A DNA stretch of 63,905 nucleotides, the filler included, from Stramenopiles sp. TOSAG23-3 (Eukaryota), in the NCBI GenBank assembly GCA_900128585.1. It is 7 parts of 7 records of this genome, joined end to end, with 100 filler letters (N's around TTAATTAATTAA, not from the genome) between each part and the next. Parts side by side here need not be neighbours in the genome. Positions count along the whole stretch, not along the records: positions 1 to 9,077 come from LT642958.1; positions 9,178 to 18,251 come from LT642959.1; 5 more parts are not named here. One strand, 5' to 3'. Shown piece by piece: positions 1-9,482 of the stretch. The position numbers and the translations under genes were made by a program. The notes beneath the pieces were generated by a model. It was not told the DNA's origin. It did not search any database and saw nothing but the letters and a program-made list of their open reading frames with translations. Positions within the stretch are counted from its first letter, which is position 1; the number at the start of each line of letters is the position of its first letter.

Positions 1-2
1 AC

Positions 3-275
3 CTCAAAACGCTGCTGAACGCTATTGTAGGGGTCCGAAAAACATTGCGCGAAAAGCAGCATGTTTTGAAAGGCATAGCGTTGCAAAAGAGTGACAGCAT
101 GGACGCGGCAGAAGTCGTCTTTCAGCAGGTTACGATAAACAATTCGTTGATCTCCATCTTGGAGGAAAAGTGCCAAGCATTAACTGTTGAATCCCCTGAA
201 AGCGACGGGGAATTTGTAGACGAGGAGTTAGCCATAGAAGAGGTGGACTCCGAATTTAAAGTAGATAATATTTGA
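3..275 (+). CDS. 3' end of an unidentified protein (5'-truncated by window edge)
   Basis: Frame is open from position 3 to TGA at 273-275; helical stretch with acidic tail; followed by AT-rich intergenic DNA. Confidence 0.55.
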   Translation, partial: LKTLLNAIVGVRKTLREKQHVLKGIALQKSDSMDAAEVVFQQVTINNSLISILEEKCQALTVESPESDGEFVDEELAIEEVDSEFKVDNI

Positions 276-365
276 TAATGACAACCCCTTTTGAAATACC
301 AACCTGTAAAAAATTGAACTCACCGATTACCTCCTCGTAACAGAGATATAGACGGAGACTACAGT

Positions 366-493
366 GTTCTTGACCGCACTTCCTAGAATTCAGTTATAAG
401 CCCTTTTTTGTCCAAAAAAAAATTCTGAAAAAGGGGCTTATAACTGAATACGCACTTCCTAGGAGGCGTCGTCTAGGAAGTGCGGTCAAGAAC
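366..493. repeat. Nested inverted repeats with a 12-bp direct duplication (MITE-like micro-element)
   Basis: Perfect 22-bp IR 366-387/472-493; inner perfect 16-bp IR 388-403/434-449; CGCACTTCCTAG repeated at 375-386 and 451-462. Confidence 0.85.
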
Positions 494-861
494 TGTACAG
501 TAATATTACTAATAAATACGAGGACTAAAAATAATATTCGAAGAACAATAATAAGACGACAACAACAGCACTATTAAAACACCTTCTTCTTTTTTTCTCA
601 ATATATATTATTATGGTACCTTGGTAATTCGTCGTCGTTCGTTCGAAGAACGCAGTTTCGAATAATAATATTAATTTTAATACGAAAGAAGAAAAAAAAA
701 TGCAAAAACAAGGAAATGACTAACCTTGAGGTATAAACGTTGAGGTATAAAGACGAAACTAGTTCATGTCATGTTTTTGACTGTGAGTGATCTTCTACAT
801 ATTCTTATAATCAATATACATATAAGAAAAGCACGAAGTAGGAAAGTTATAGAGAACCGCA

Positions 862-1176
862 ATGGCTCTGCGTTTATACCGCCGCATTCTACGGTTGCAC
901 AGACAGAAGCTCCCTTTTCAAATGCGAGCAATGGGTGACGACTATGTCCGCTCCGAGTTCATGCAGCACAAAGAAGCGAAGCCGGAGTTTGTAGAGCAGT
1001 TTATGGAACAGTGGTCGGAGTATGCAGTTATGTTGGAGTCGCAAGAATCACAGGGGGAAGATATTGATTTTGGTAAACACATGACGGAAGATGAGTTCGA
1101 TGCCCTGACTGACGAACAGAAGGTACAACTGCAAAAAATAAGAAGAGAAGCATCGTCTTTGCACAAAGAGGTCTAA
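862..1176 (+). CDS. SDHAF3: Succinate dehydrogenase assembly factor 3 (ACN9/SDH7, LYR family)
   Basis: LYRRILRLHR LYR motif, MGDDYVRSEF..HK, F..QW..Y and the C-terminal L+DEQ..QL..+ signature. Confidence 0.92.
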   Translation: MALRLYRRILRLHRQKLPFQMRAMGDDYVRSEFMQHKEAKPEFVEQFMEQWSEYAVMLESQESQGEDIDFGKHMTEDEFDALTDEQKVQLQKIRREASSLHKEV

Positions 1177-1499
1177 TAGGCGATCGTCTACGAAGAGTGT
1201 AAATTTCTATGACATGTGTTGTGTACAGAATGCGTCTAATCTGTGTTAATGAAAACTTAAAGAGAGGCTATTGGGAAATATCTGGTAACTTTATTAGTTG
1301 CGCAGCAATGACGAGAAGTATTTCCTGATTTCCCTCCATTTTTGCACTGTTTTTCGTAAGAGAATATTTTGGTAACATATTTNNNNNNNNNNNNNNNNNN
1401 NNNNTACGCTTCTTTTTAAAATACCGCATCGGACCAAAAGGGAGTGCAAACCGAGAGCCTCCTTTCTTGCCATCCTGCCTCTGGTGTCCTCGCTCTAAA

Positions 1500-2201
1500 T
1501 TACAGCTTTTTCCAAACGCATGATCCCGCAACGACAGCGCAAGCAAATGCCAGTGCGCCCCTAACCCAGACCCTTCTGTTCGTGGATTCTGTTTTGCTAC
1601 TTCTACTTTCTGACAAACTAGGGTAACACTTTAGCATGTACGCATCGTAATCCTGAAAAGCCTTCTCTAACGAATGGTTCGTCAAGAAATAGTCGAAGGG
1701 CACAGATTTGGATGCTTCAATTTCCGATTTAGCAGTATTCAAACGTGTCTGGATCTGCTCCTCGGTGTCCGTAGCCCGCGACCGAAGGCGCCGCTCCAGG
1801 GCGTCGAACGTTTTCGGCTGGACGAACATGTAAAATGGTTTCAGCTCCTTGTGCGCGTTTCCATTCATTATGGTGTTGACGCCTTGAATGTCGATGTCCA
1901 AAATACAGATTTTTCCCGCTTCCATAACTTTTCGAACGGCAGCAATCGAAGTCCCATAAATATTTAAATGTACGTTGGCATACTCGACAAACTTGTCCTC
2001 GGCTATCATTTTCAGCATAATCTCTTTCGTTGAAAAATTGTAATCTACACCATCAGCTTCCCCTGTTCGAGGGGGGCGTGTCGTGTGACTAACGCTAAAA
2101 CCGAACTGTCCGGGGTACTTCTTCATAAGCATTTCCTTCAGGGTGGTCTTCCCAACGCCAGACGGGCCGCACATAACTAAAGGACGACACTCGTTACTCA
2201 T
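1500..2201 (-). CDS. GUK1: Guanylate kinase with C-terminal hydrophobic tail
   Basis: P-loop GPSGVGKT, SVSHTTRPPR.GE.DGVDYNF, YGTS, LDIDIQG, LERRLRSR.TD; tail GALAFACAVVAGSCVWKKL. Confidence 0.95.
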   Translation of the reverse strand: MSNECRPLVMCGPSGVGKTTLKEMLMKKYPGQFGFSVSHTTRPPRTGEADGVDYNFSTKEIMLKMIAEDKFVEYANVHLNIYGTSIAAVRKVMEAGKICILDIDIQGVNTIMNGNAHKELKPFYMFVQPKTFDALERRLRSRATDTEEQIQTRLNTAKSEIEASKSVPFDYFLTNHSLEKAFQDYDAYMLKCYPSLSESRSSKTESTNRRVWVRGALAFACAVVAGSCVWKKL

Positions 2202-2593
2202 CGTAGTTGCGTGGTAAACAAACTATTTCAACAATACTACTTACTATTTATATAAAGATATATAAAATATAGTTGTTCATCGTGCACGCGTTTCGTCAAT
2301 TACACTGTTTGTCTGTAAAAAATATAAAGGTTTAAGTACTCCACTTCATACATAAAAAAACAATTCTCTTCAATAATTCAATTTTTTCCCCTCTTCTTCC
2401 AGAGTTCTCAGAAGAAGAAGAAGATGATGCCAACGTAACAACAACAACAAGAAGTCAACAACAAACAATATTTAATTTAATAATAATAGAAGAACAAACA
2501 AACAAAAAAATGAAAAAGGAAAAATAATAATAAAATAATTGGATGAGATTGGACGGATGATATTTATATTCAATACTAGACTAGACTAGATTC

Positions 2594-2665
2594 CCTCTCC
2601 CTCCTCCCTCTCTCTCTCTCTTCTTCTTCTCTCTCTCTCTCCCTTCGCCCTTCGTCCCTCTCCTC
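2594..2665. repeat. (CT)n/(CTT)n pyrimidine-rich microsatellite
   Basis: Runs of ctctctct and cttcttct in intergenic DNA. Confidence 0.8.
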
Positions 2666-3052
2666 ATCATCAATCTCTGTGCTGTATTTATTATATTTGT
2701 ATTTCATACTTTTAATAATTAATTGTATACATTTTAAATTATATAGGCGTCTTTTTCCCCCTTCTTCTTCTTCAATTTTAATATTTTGTTTTGTTGTCGT
2801 TAGTTCTACTTGTACTCTATATAAAATAAACAATAAATAATATGATGAAATCGTTTCTCTTCTCTTTTTGTATATGATTTTTTATTACATCTAAAATATA
2901 TACGAACAACTCGGGACGAACATGTGATACAGAAGTTGATTGATTGTTTAAAGGGTGATCGGTACATTTATATTATGTATTCCACCCCCATCCCCATTGG
3001 AGCATTTCGGTGAGATTGAGGAAAGCGTGCGGTTTTTTCTACGTTTACGACC

Positions 3053-5083
3053 ATGCGTTTGCTGAGCTCCCCAAAGCGCAAGCTTGGCCCACGCTCCAAG
3101 ATTACCCGCATCATGATGCTGGTAATTGCTCTGTTCTCAGTATGGTGCCTGGGGTTTGGTTTCTTCTTTGTGGGCAAGGCGGGGCCTTCGTCGACGTCAT
3201 CGGTGCCTGAGCCCAGCAAAAATACGCGGCAGCTGCGGAAAAGCTTTGACAATTCTTCCGTTGTCCGCGTCCTGGGAAAGACGAAAGAGGAAATTGCGGA
3301 TGACCTGGTAATGGGTGGCACGCCGGTGAGAAGTAGAGGCCCGAACGTTGCCGTTTTTACTGTTTCTGATTTGGGAACACACGCGTCCTGGAAGACTCCA
3401 GACTCCCCTCATATAAAGAAAAAAGGCTCCTTGCTGACGTCTTTGTGGAATTCCCGAATCCTCGAAGGGCAAGGGACATTCACCATGTACACGGGCGAAC
3501 GTTGCCACACCCGAGATACGCTAGACGAAAAGAGAGACACCGTGAAAGGACTGCGCTGCTGCAGTGTGATGTTTTTTTCAGAGCTGTTTGACAAGGGGTA
3601 TGATGTGGTGGTCTATGTCGATGAATCGGTGCTCCTGGGGTTTGATTTTACGATAAAAGAGTTTTTGCCGTCACTGAACGCGTACCGAAATGGCTCGCAG
3701 GCGACGAAGCGGCCCATTACGGTGATGCAGCAGCGGGCAGAGAGCGCGGTGATCATTGTGGAAAAATCACCCCATTTATGGCCCGACAAGAGCGGGTACG
3801 ACGAATTTATAGAAATGTGGATGCTAGACGTGCACCGGCAAGCGCACAAGCACACCATGGAAGAATCGTTTCTCGTAGCGAGTCGCCGGTACGGAAAGCT
3901 GTACAAGACCTTTTCCCCAGTGTACATGGAAGTCGGGGACGATCCCAACGTGCTTGTGTTCTTTCAGCCGAACGCGGGCTATGATGTTGTTGCGGGGTAC
4001 GCAGTGGCCCACTTGCGCGAGAAAAAAGTAATGCTGTCCATGCCAAAGGCCAGGCCCGAAGATGGCGAGAGAAAGTACGCCTTTACCGACGGTGAAAAAA
4101 TCAAGCGCACGCGCAACGTACTCCAAGGGAAAAGGTTAGCATTTTCATACGGTAATTACGATTTCAAGAAGCACCCTTGGGCCTTGCCCATATTTTTGTG
4201 GAATCGGCTGGTGTTATGGAAGAGTGACAAAGTAGATTTGCGAATGTACACGGGGTCTTGCATGCGCAAACAGAGCTCGTTGCTGGTGGTCAGGTCGTCG
4301 AAGCAGTCGACCGGCTTGTCCAACACAATCGACCCACACTGGTGCAGAGTCTGGGTGTTTGACGACTTGTTTACGAACGGTTACAGCACCGTCCTTTACA
4401 TAGACGCAGACCTGGTCCTTCGTGCGTTTTTCAGTATTTCTGGGTTTTTGAGAGAAGCCAGGCGATTCCCGGAACAAACACTCTTTAAAACCCGCAAGGA
4501 TGAAATGCCAGGGAGACTTTTAGATAGAGACGTTATGTACACAGCTGGTAAATCTGAAAATGGGGAAGTTGAAGCAAACACTGGGCTGTTGCTGTTTTCC
4601 AGACCAAGCCGAAAGATTTTTACGCTGTGGAAGGAGAATTACGGCGGTGGCATTTGGGACCAGCTCGGGCTGAAGAAAGTTATGGAGAAGTTTCCGATGA
4701 CCTATAGAATAAGCCCCTACCGCTCGCTGTGGAACCATTACTCCAGTACATTTAAGGACACAAGGGACGCGCGTATCCTTCGTGGTCTCTTTGAGCTCGC
4801 AACGGGAGACGTGGGGCCGGTGGACCGGCCAGAGAGCCCGCTTATTGTCCGACGGACGCAGACCCTCATCCTGCCTATTGGGCACCACGCCGGTCCATGG
4901 ACCCAGGCAGTATTTGGAAAGAATGGGGTGAATTCCCATCGCAAAGTTTTCGCTCGCTTGCGACATCCAGAATTGGACGACCGAGAGAAGCACGTTTGGA
5001 AGCTGAAAGACATCACTTTCATGCCTTTGCCAGACGAGAAAGGCGGCGGTGCAGACGTCGGTGTTGGACAACGGGGCACGTAA
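3053..5083 (+). CDS. Type II membrane glycosyltransferase with two tandem GT-A-like (GT34/GMA12-MNN10-like) domains
   Basis: N-terminal TM (IMMLVIALFSVWCLGFGFFFV); second domain HWCRV..F..LF..GY..VLYIDAD, NTGLLLF, WDQ; first domain LF.KGY.VVVYVDES. Confidence 0.7.
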   Translation: MRLLSSPKRKLGPRSKITRIMMLVIALFSVWCLGFGFFFVGKAGPSSTSSVPEPSKNTRQLRKSFDNSSVVRVLGKTKEEIADDLVMGGTPVRSRGPNVAVFTVSDLGTHASWKTPDSPHIKKKGSLLTSLWNSRILEGQGTFTMYTGERCHTRDTLDEKRDTVKGLRCCSVMFFSELFDKGYDVVVYVDESVLLGFDFTIKEFLPSLNAYRNGSQATKRPITVMQQRAESAVIIVEKSPHLWPDKSGYDEFIEMWMLDVHRQAHKHTMEESFLVASRRYGKLYKTFSPVYMEVGDDPNVLVFFQPNAGYDVVAGYAVAHLREKKVMLSMPKARPEDGERKYAFTDGEKIKRTRNVLQGKRLAFSYGNYDFKKHPWALPIFLWNRLVLWKSDKVDLRMYTGSCMRKQSSLLVVRSSKQSTGLSNTIDPHWCRVWVFDDLFTNGYSTVLYIDADLVLRAFFSISGFLREARRFPEQTLFKTRKDEMPGRLLDRDVMYTAGKSENGEVEANTGLLLFSRPSRKIFTLWKENYGGGIWDQLGLKKVMEKFPMTYRISPYRSLWNHYSSTFKDTRDARILRGLFELATGDVGPVDRPESPLIVRRTQTLILPIGHHAGPWTQAVFGKNGVNSHRKVFARLRHPELDDREKHVWKLKDITFMPLPDEKGGGADVGVGQRGT

Positions 5084-5550
5084 CGTATGTTGGCCGTATC
5101 AGTATATCCTCGTAATACTTATGTAGGTAAATTGAAAACTCGTATCAGAACATCAAAATTCTCGCTTATATTATCAAGAGTATGCGACCAGACGACGACC
5201 GTCGTTGTTTTTCTTTAAGTAAATAGCGATAATAGGTGCCTGTTCAACAGAACATAAACACAGCATCGGTCCTCGACTGTGCGCATTTTTGTTGTTGTTT
5301 TGTTGTACTCTGCCACCTGCCCCCCCACCCACCCCCACGAACTGTTTTTTATTTAAGTTACATGGATAAATGAAGTTACATAAATAAATGAAACTTCATA
5401 CAGTCAAATCCGTATGGTAATGAGTTTCCTTGAAGTCTTTCTAGCTTGCACCAGAACATTAATGCACAAAAGAAGTTGCCCGAGGTACAAATTTTGTTGA
5501 GACAGTTGATTTTTTCGTAGCTATCGTTGTACCTGGTTGTCCCCGCATGG

Positions 5551-8200
5551 ATGGAAGGAGGCGCTAGCGCTGAGGCGTCACCGATACCTTATCCGGTTCA
5601 CCCTGATGGTTCCTTATGGGATGCTGGTTTGCAAACTGTGTTAGGCAGCAGCAATGGGTACTCGAGGTTACGGTTGCGAAACCATTATAAATTTAAGCGT
5701 AGGATGGGTATGACGTTCCCAAAAATAGAAACGGCCGACGACCATAAAACAATGTACAAGTGCACTCGTTGTGGGCTAACAACACGTGAAGGACAATTCC
5801 TCAAGGCTCACTTGCTTCTGCTAAAAAAACCGTGTCCCCCGCGCCTCAGTGATGAGCCCGTGAAAAAGGTGCTTCAACAGCTGTCTGAGCAGGACCCGGC
5901 TGTAGTAATTCGACGCTTCGATAGCACAATGTTAGGCCGACCAGTGTTAGGGAACGGCGTGGCAACCACGAACTCGGCGCCAGGAAGCAATTCCCCGAAA
6001 TTTATCATTCGTGCAACCGGAAACTATTTACAACGGGACAAGGTCCAGGTTCACAACATTTTCGTCGACGAGGAAAGCGAGTCGCTCTCCTCTGGATGCC
6101 TTCGAATGTCCGGGAACACTATGTACTTCCAGTGCGACGAAACGGTGGAAGATGTAGAATTCGGCAGCGTTCTCAACAGGAACGGGGCGGAGCAGTACCC
6201 GCTTGTGATTCGCACGTTGCACCGTTTGTATTTGGGTGAGACGTACCCGTGCGCATCCGGCACCGTTCACCGATGGCGTGTGCGAGCAAAGAAGGAGTTT
6301 GACGTGCCGATTGTGTCGTCTGCGATGGACCTTTACGAACCTTACAGCGTTGTAAACATAGACAGCAAAGGCACGATTTGCCTGTGGGATAGTGCATCAG
6401 AGAAGCAGGTCGTGGATCTAGTGGGTGCTGTGAGCCGTCCGCAGTCGTCTTTTCTTTCTCGACAGTTTGGCAACGATTTCATACCAAGCATTACGTACTC
6501 ACACACGCCAAAGTGCTGTTGGTATAGTGACCATGGCGGGGACGGAATCAGCCTGCTTGACATGCGATCCTCGATCCCCGCTCAGAAGGACATATTTGCC
6601 ATCAATCGGTCCGCGTCGCTTAACCCTGCATTTTACAACCGAACGAAACCTTTGACCGCGGAAAGAATAACCAAGCTGGCACGCAGTACCTTCGATCGGC
6701 CGCATGATGTAGTTGTAGGCACGCAACACTCTGTTTTTGTATTTGATGAGAGGAAAGGGGGCGAACAGTTTTTGCACCACTGGCAACATGGAATGGGCGG
6801 ATCAGTAAACGGGCTGTCAGTCACGCCATTTGACTATAGAGAGGCGGGAAACCACGATGGTATTCTGGTGACGGCTATCTCTTTCGACAGTGGTGAAGTC
6901 GTGCTCTGCCCACAGTCGTTGCGGCACAACGAAACGATTCTGCCCCATAGAATACCGATTAAGAAGCAGGTTGAAACAACTATGGCACAAATGCAAAACG
7001 GTCATCATTGGGAAACTGAACTGGACGGCGGGGCTTCTCGAATGACATGGGGCGCAGGGACCCTGGGAGAATTTTCGATCCGAGGAAAGAACGTTTTTAT
7101 TTTTGGGTTTACTGACAATGTTGGAAATTCTATGATGGACGAACTTTATATTCTCCGAGACATCGGAAAGAGCATGTACCAGCAGCGCAAGCGGGCGATG
7201 GGGCAAATGATGCTTGACATGGCCCTCGACGGAAAAGTAGGCCACATGGAAACTCAGCGTTGCGAGAAAGAAGAACAGGGACTTCGGGGGAAAGCTCGAC
7301 CGTATGTCCCGGAGTGGATGAAGTTGACCAGGGTTGCTGCCGGTGAGATAGAACACAAGTACCGAGAGATTCGAGTAGACAACCAATCTGGCGAGGACGG
7401 AGGATACACAATTCTGGATTTAATGATGAAGGAGTTCGACGTTTCCGATGTAAAGCGACGCTGGAAAAAAGGAGTACCTACTGTGCCAACGGGTACCTTA
7501 GTTTCCTCCGGAGATGGGGCAGGGGGGTCTAATCGTCCGCGGGCAGCACCCGCCCTTGGAAACCTACAGCTTGCCCAAATGGTGGTAAACGAGTTTTGTC
7601 ACGGGATCAAATCGAAAATGAGAGAAGCAGGGAGAGGCCTGGGTGGCAGGGTTCTGCGAGAGAAGATCCACGCGAAATTTCAAAAGCATGCCCTGTCAAG
7701 GACCGACTACACTTTTTTTACGTCCCGAGCGTGCCCACCACACGTACGGCAGTCACCGAAAATTCCCGGGCGCATTGCGAAAGTCCCGTGTAAACCCGAC
7801 CGATATTAGCAGCAGGAACGCAGAGGACTACGTGGGAGGCGCGCTGTACCGCGCGCTGTCCGACGTTCTGCTCGACCGGCGCAAAGACGAAATCTTTGGG
7901 AACCCCAACGATATCTGGAGCCTTAGTGTTTCCCCGCGGACTAGAAAGCACAAAGGCTGGCGGAGCGTTCGAGAGAAAGCAAAATACTTATGGGGGGAGA
8001 CTGATGAGATGTACACGAAAGAGATTTCAGCGCTGGCGGAGGAGGCAGAGGAACGTCTGGACTCGGATTCCATGGGCATGACCTACGTCGATAAGGTTTA
8101 CCGCAAGAAAAAACGGACACCACCAAGAGTAGCCAGGGGTCAAAGCAGGCAAAGGGTAAAGCGGCAAGTAAAAGATGAGAAGCGTTCGTGGGACCTGTGA
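5551..8200 (+). CDS. TAF1C/Rrn6-like beta-propeller subunit of the Pol I core factor (SL1), with N-terminal zinc finger and apparent frameshift at 7713-7719
   Basis: GTICLWD, ITYSHTPK...ISLLDMR and TQHSVFVFDER..FLHHWQHGM resemble TAF1C segments as recalled (GAVCLWS; DFTAHPR; TQFSLYLVDER..MLKWNHGL). Removing one T from the T7 run joins ORF 5527-7809 to ORF 7643-8200. Confidence 0.65.
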
Positions 8201-8277
8201 TTTTATTGCATGAATGCATGTATATATATCCCTTGTACGATTTTGCTTTTAAATGTATGTAGCTAGCGCAGCTGGTG

Positions 8278-8550
8278 CTACTTTCCGCCCTTCTCCGTGC
8301 TTTCTAGTTCTGCCGCCAACTTTCTTATTCGCTCCACTTCCTCCCTTCTTGTCTTCCCCTTTTCGTTCAACCCGTTGAGATAGTTTTGAAGTGCACTGAA
8401 GACATCCGATTCGCCTGTCGGCGCTACTTCGAGCTTCAACTTGACCGGAGTCCCCTGTTTTTTCATGTACAACATCGTCCCAATACCCCCAGCAGTCCCC
8501 AAAGAAAGCAGCGCCAAAACGCCATACTGAACGCGATGCCCCAATGACAT
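8278..8550 (-). CDS. Small single-pass membrane protein (90 aa), function unknown
   Basis: ATG at 8550; N-terminal TM (YGVLALLSLGTAGGIGTMLYM) followed by a charged helix; coding-like GC between AT-rich flanks. Confidence 0.6.
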   Translation of the reverse strand: MSLGHRVQYGVLALLSLGTAGGIGTMLYMKKQGTPVKLKLEVAPTGESDVFSALQNYLNGLNEKGKTRREEVERIRKLAAELESTEKGGK

Positions 8551-8901
8551 TTTCAAAAGAACAAAAAAACGGTACGTATCTATACAACAACAGTGGAAAC
8601 TATATGCTTTATTTACAAACGTTGAATGAAATGCTATTTTGGTTCTTCTCTCTCTGTCCATAAAACATATATAAAATAAAGGAAGAAAGATTGAAACTGC
8701 TAATGTCAACAATATATATATTGTACCAACTGAACCTCAAAAAGAGAAGAAGCATCGTGCCGCATGCATCCACACATCATATTTTTTAATCCCAAATAAT
8801 TCAGACGCGAGAAGAAGCAATCTCATCCGGTTAATCCATTAGTCTCGTCTAAATACTACGCAAATAACTAGACCTAATGAAAAATGAAAAGAGAAAAAGA
8901 C

Positions 8902-9012
8902 ACTTCTTCTTCATCTTCTTCTTCTTTCTTCTTCCTTCTTTCTTCTTTCTTCTTCTTCTTCTTCTTCTTTCTTTCTTCTTCTTCTTCTTCTTCTTTCATT
9001 CTTCTTCTTCTC
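8902..9012. repeat. (CTT)n microsatellite near contig end
   Basis: About 110 nt of imperfect CTT repeats. Confidence 0.9.
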
Positions 9013-9077
9013 TGCTTTTTTTGTTTGATCGATGGTGATGGTATTAATATAAAATAAACATAAACAAAAGAATGACG

Positions 9078-9177
9078 NNNNNNNNNNNNNNNNNNNNNNN
9101 NNNNNNNNNNNNNNNNNNNNNTTAATTAATTAANNNNNNNNNNNNNNNNNNNNNNNNNNNNNNNNNNNNNNNNNNNN
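9078..9177. other. Artificial contig spacer (44N-TTAATTAATTAA-44N)
   Basis: 100-nt spacer with stops in all six frames, repeated six times in the window. Confidence 0.97.
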
Positions 9178-9482
9178 TTTTTTTTTTAATTTGTATTAAT
9201 ATATAGTCTTCTTTAAAATATACCCTCGCTCTTCTTTCCGTTTGTCTTTTGTATTGAAGAAATAAAAATGTAATCAAATTATGTTTTTACGACCTGTAAT
9301 TAAATCCGTTTAATCGTTCCTTGAGCTGCACCATACAGTTGTGGATCAGCGTGGATTTTTTAACATTTTATCCCAACCTTTCGAAACAGTCGGAAGAAGG
9401 GGTTGTAGCTGTTGGGTGCCAAGGGGATACGGTCGCGTCGGAGTCCTCCTTGAGTTCTGTTTTTGGCAAAGCAGGCATCTTA

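Noticed and set aside
1268-1546. 92-aa ORF spanning the 22-N gap
   Set aside because: Crosses an assembly gap, overlaps the guanylate kinase end and shows no motif.
2576-2833. 85-aa ORF rich in E/R
   Set aside because: Translation of CT microsatellite and AT-rich intergenic DNA.
9122-9133. TTAATTAATTAA repeated at ~9.1 kb periodicity as a biological repeat or piggyBac TTAA site
   Set aside because: Always centred in N-runs and encodes stops in six frames: a synthetic linker.
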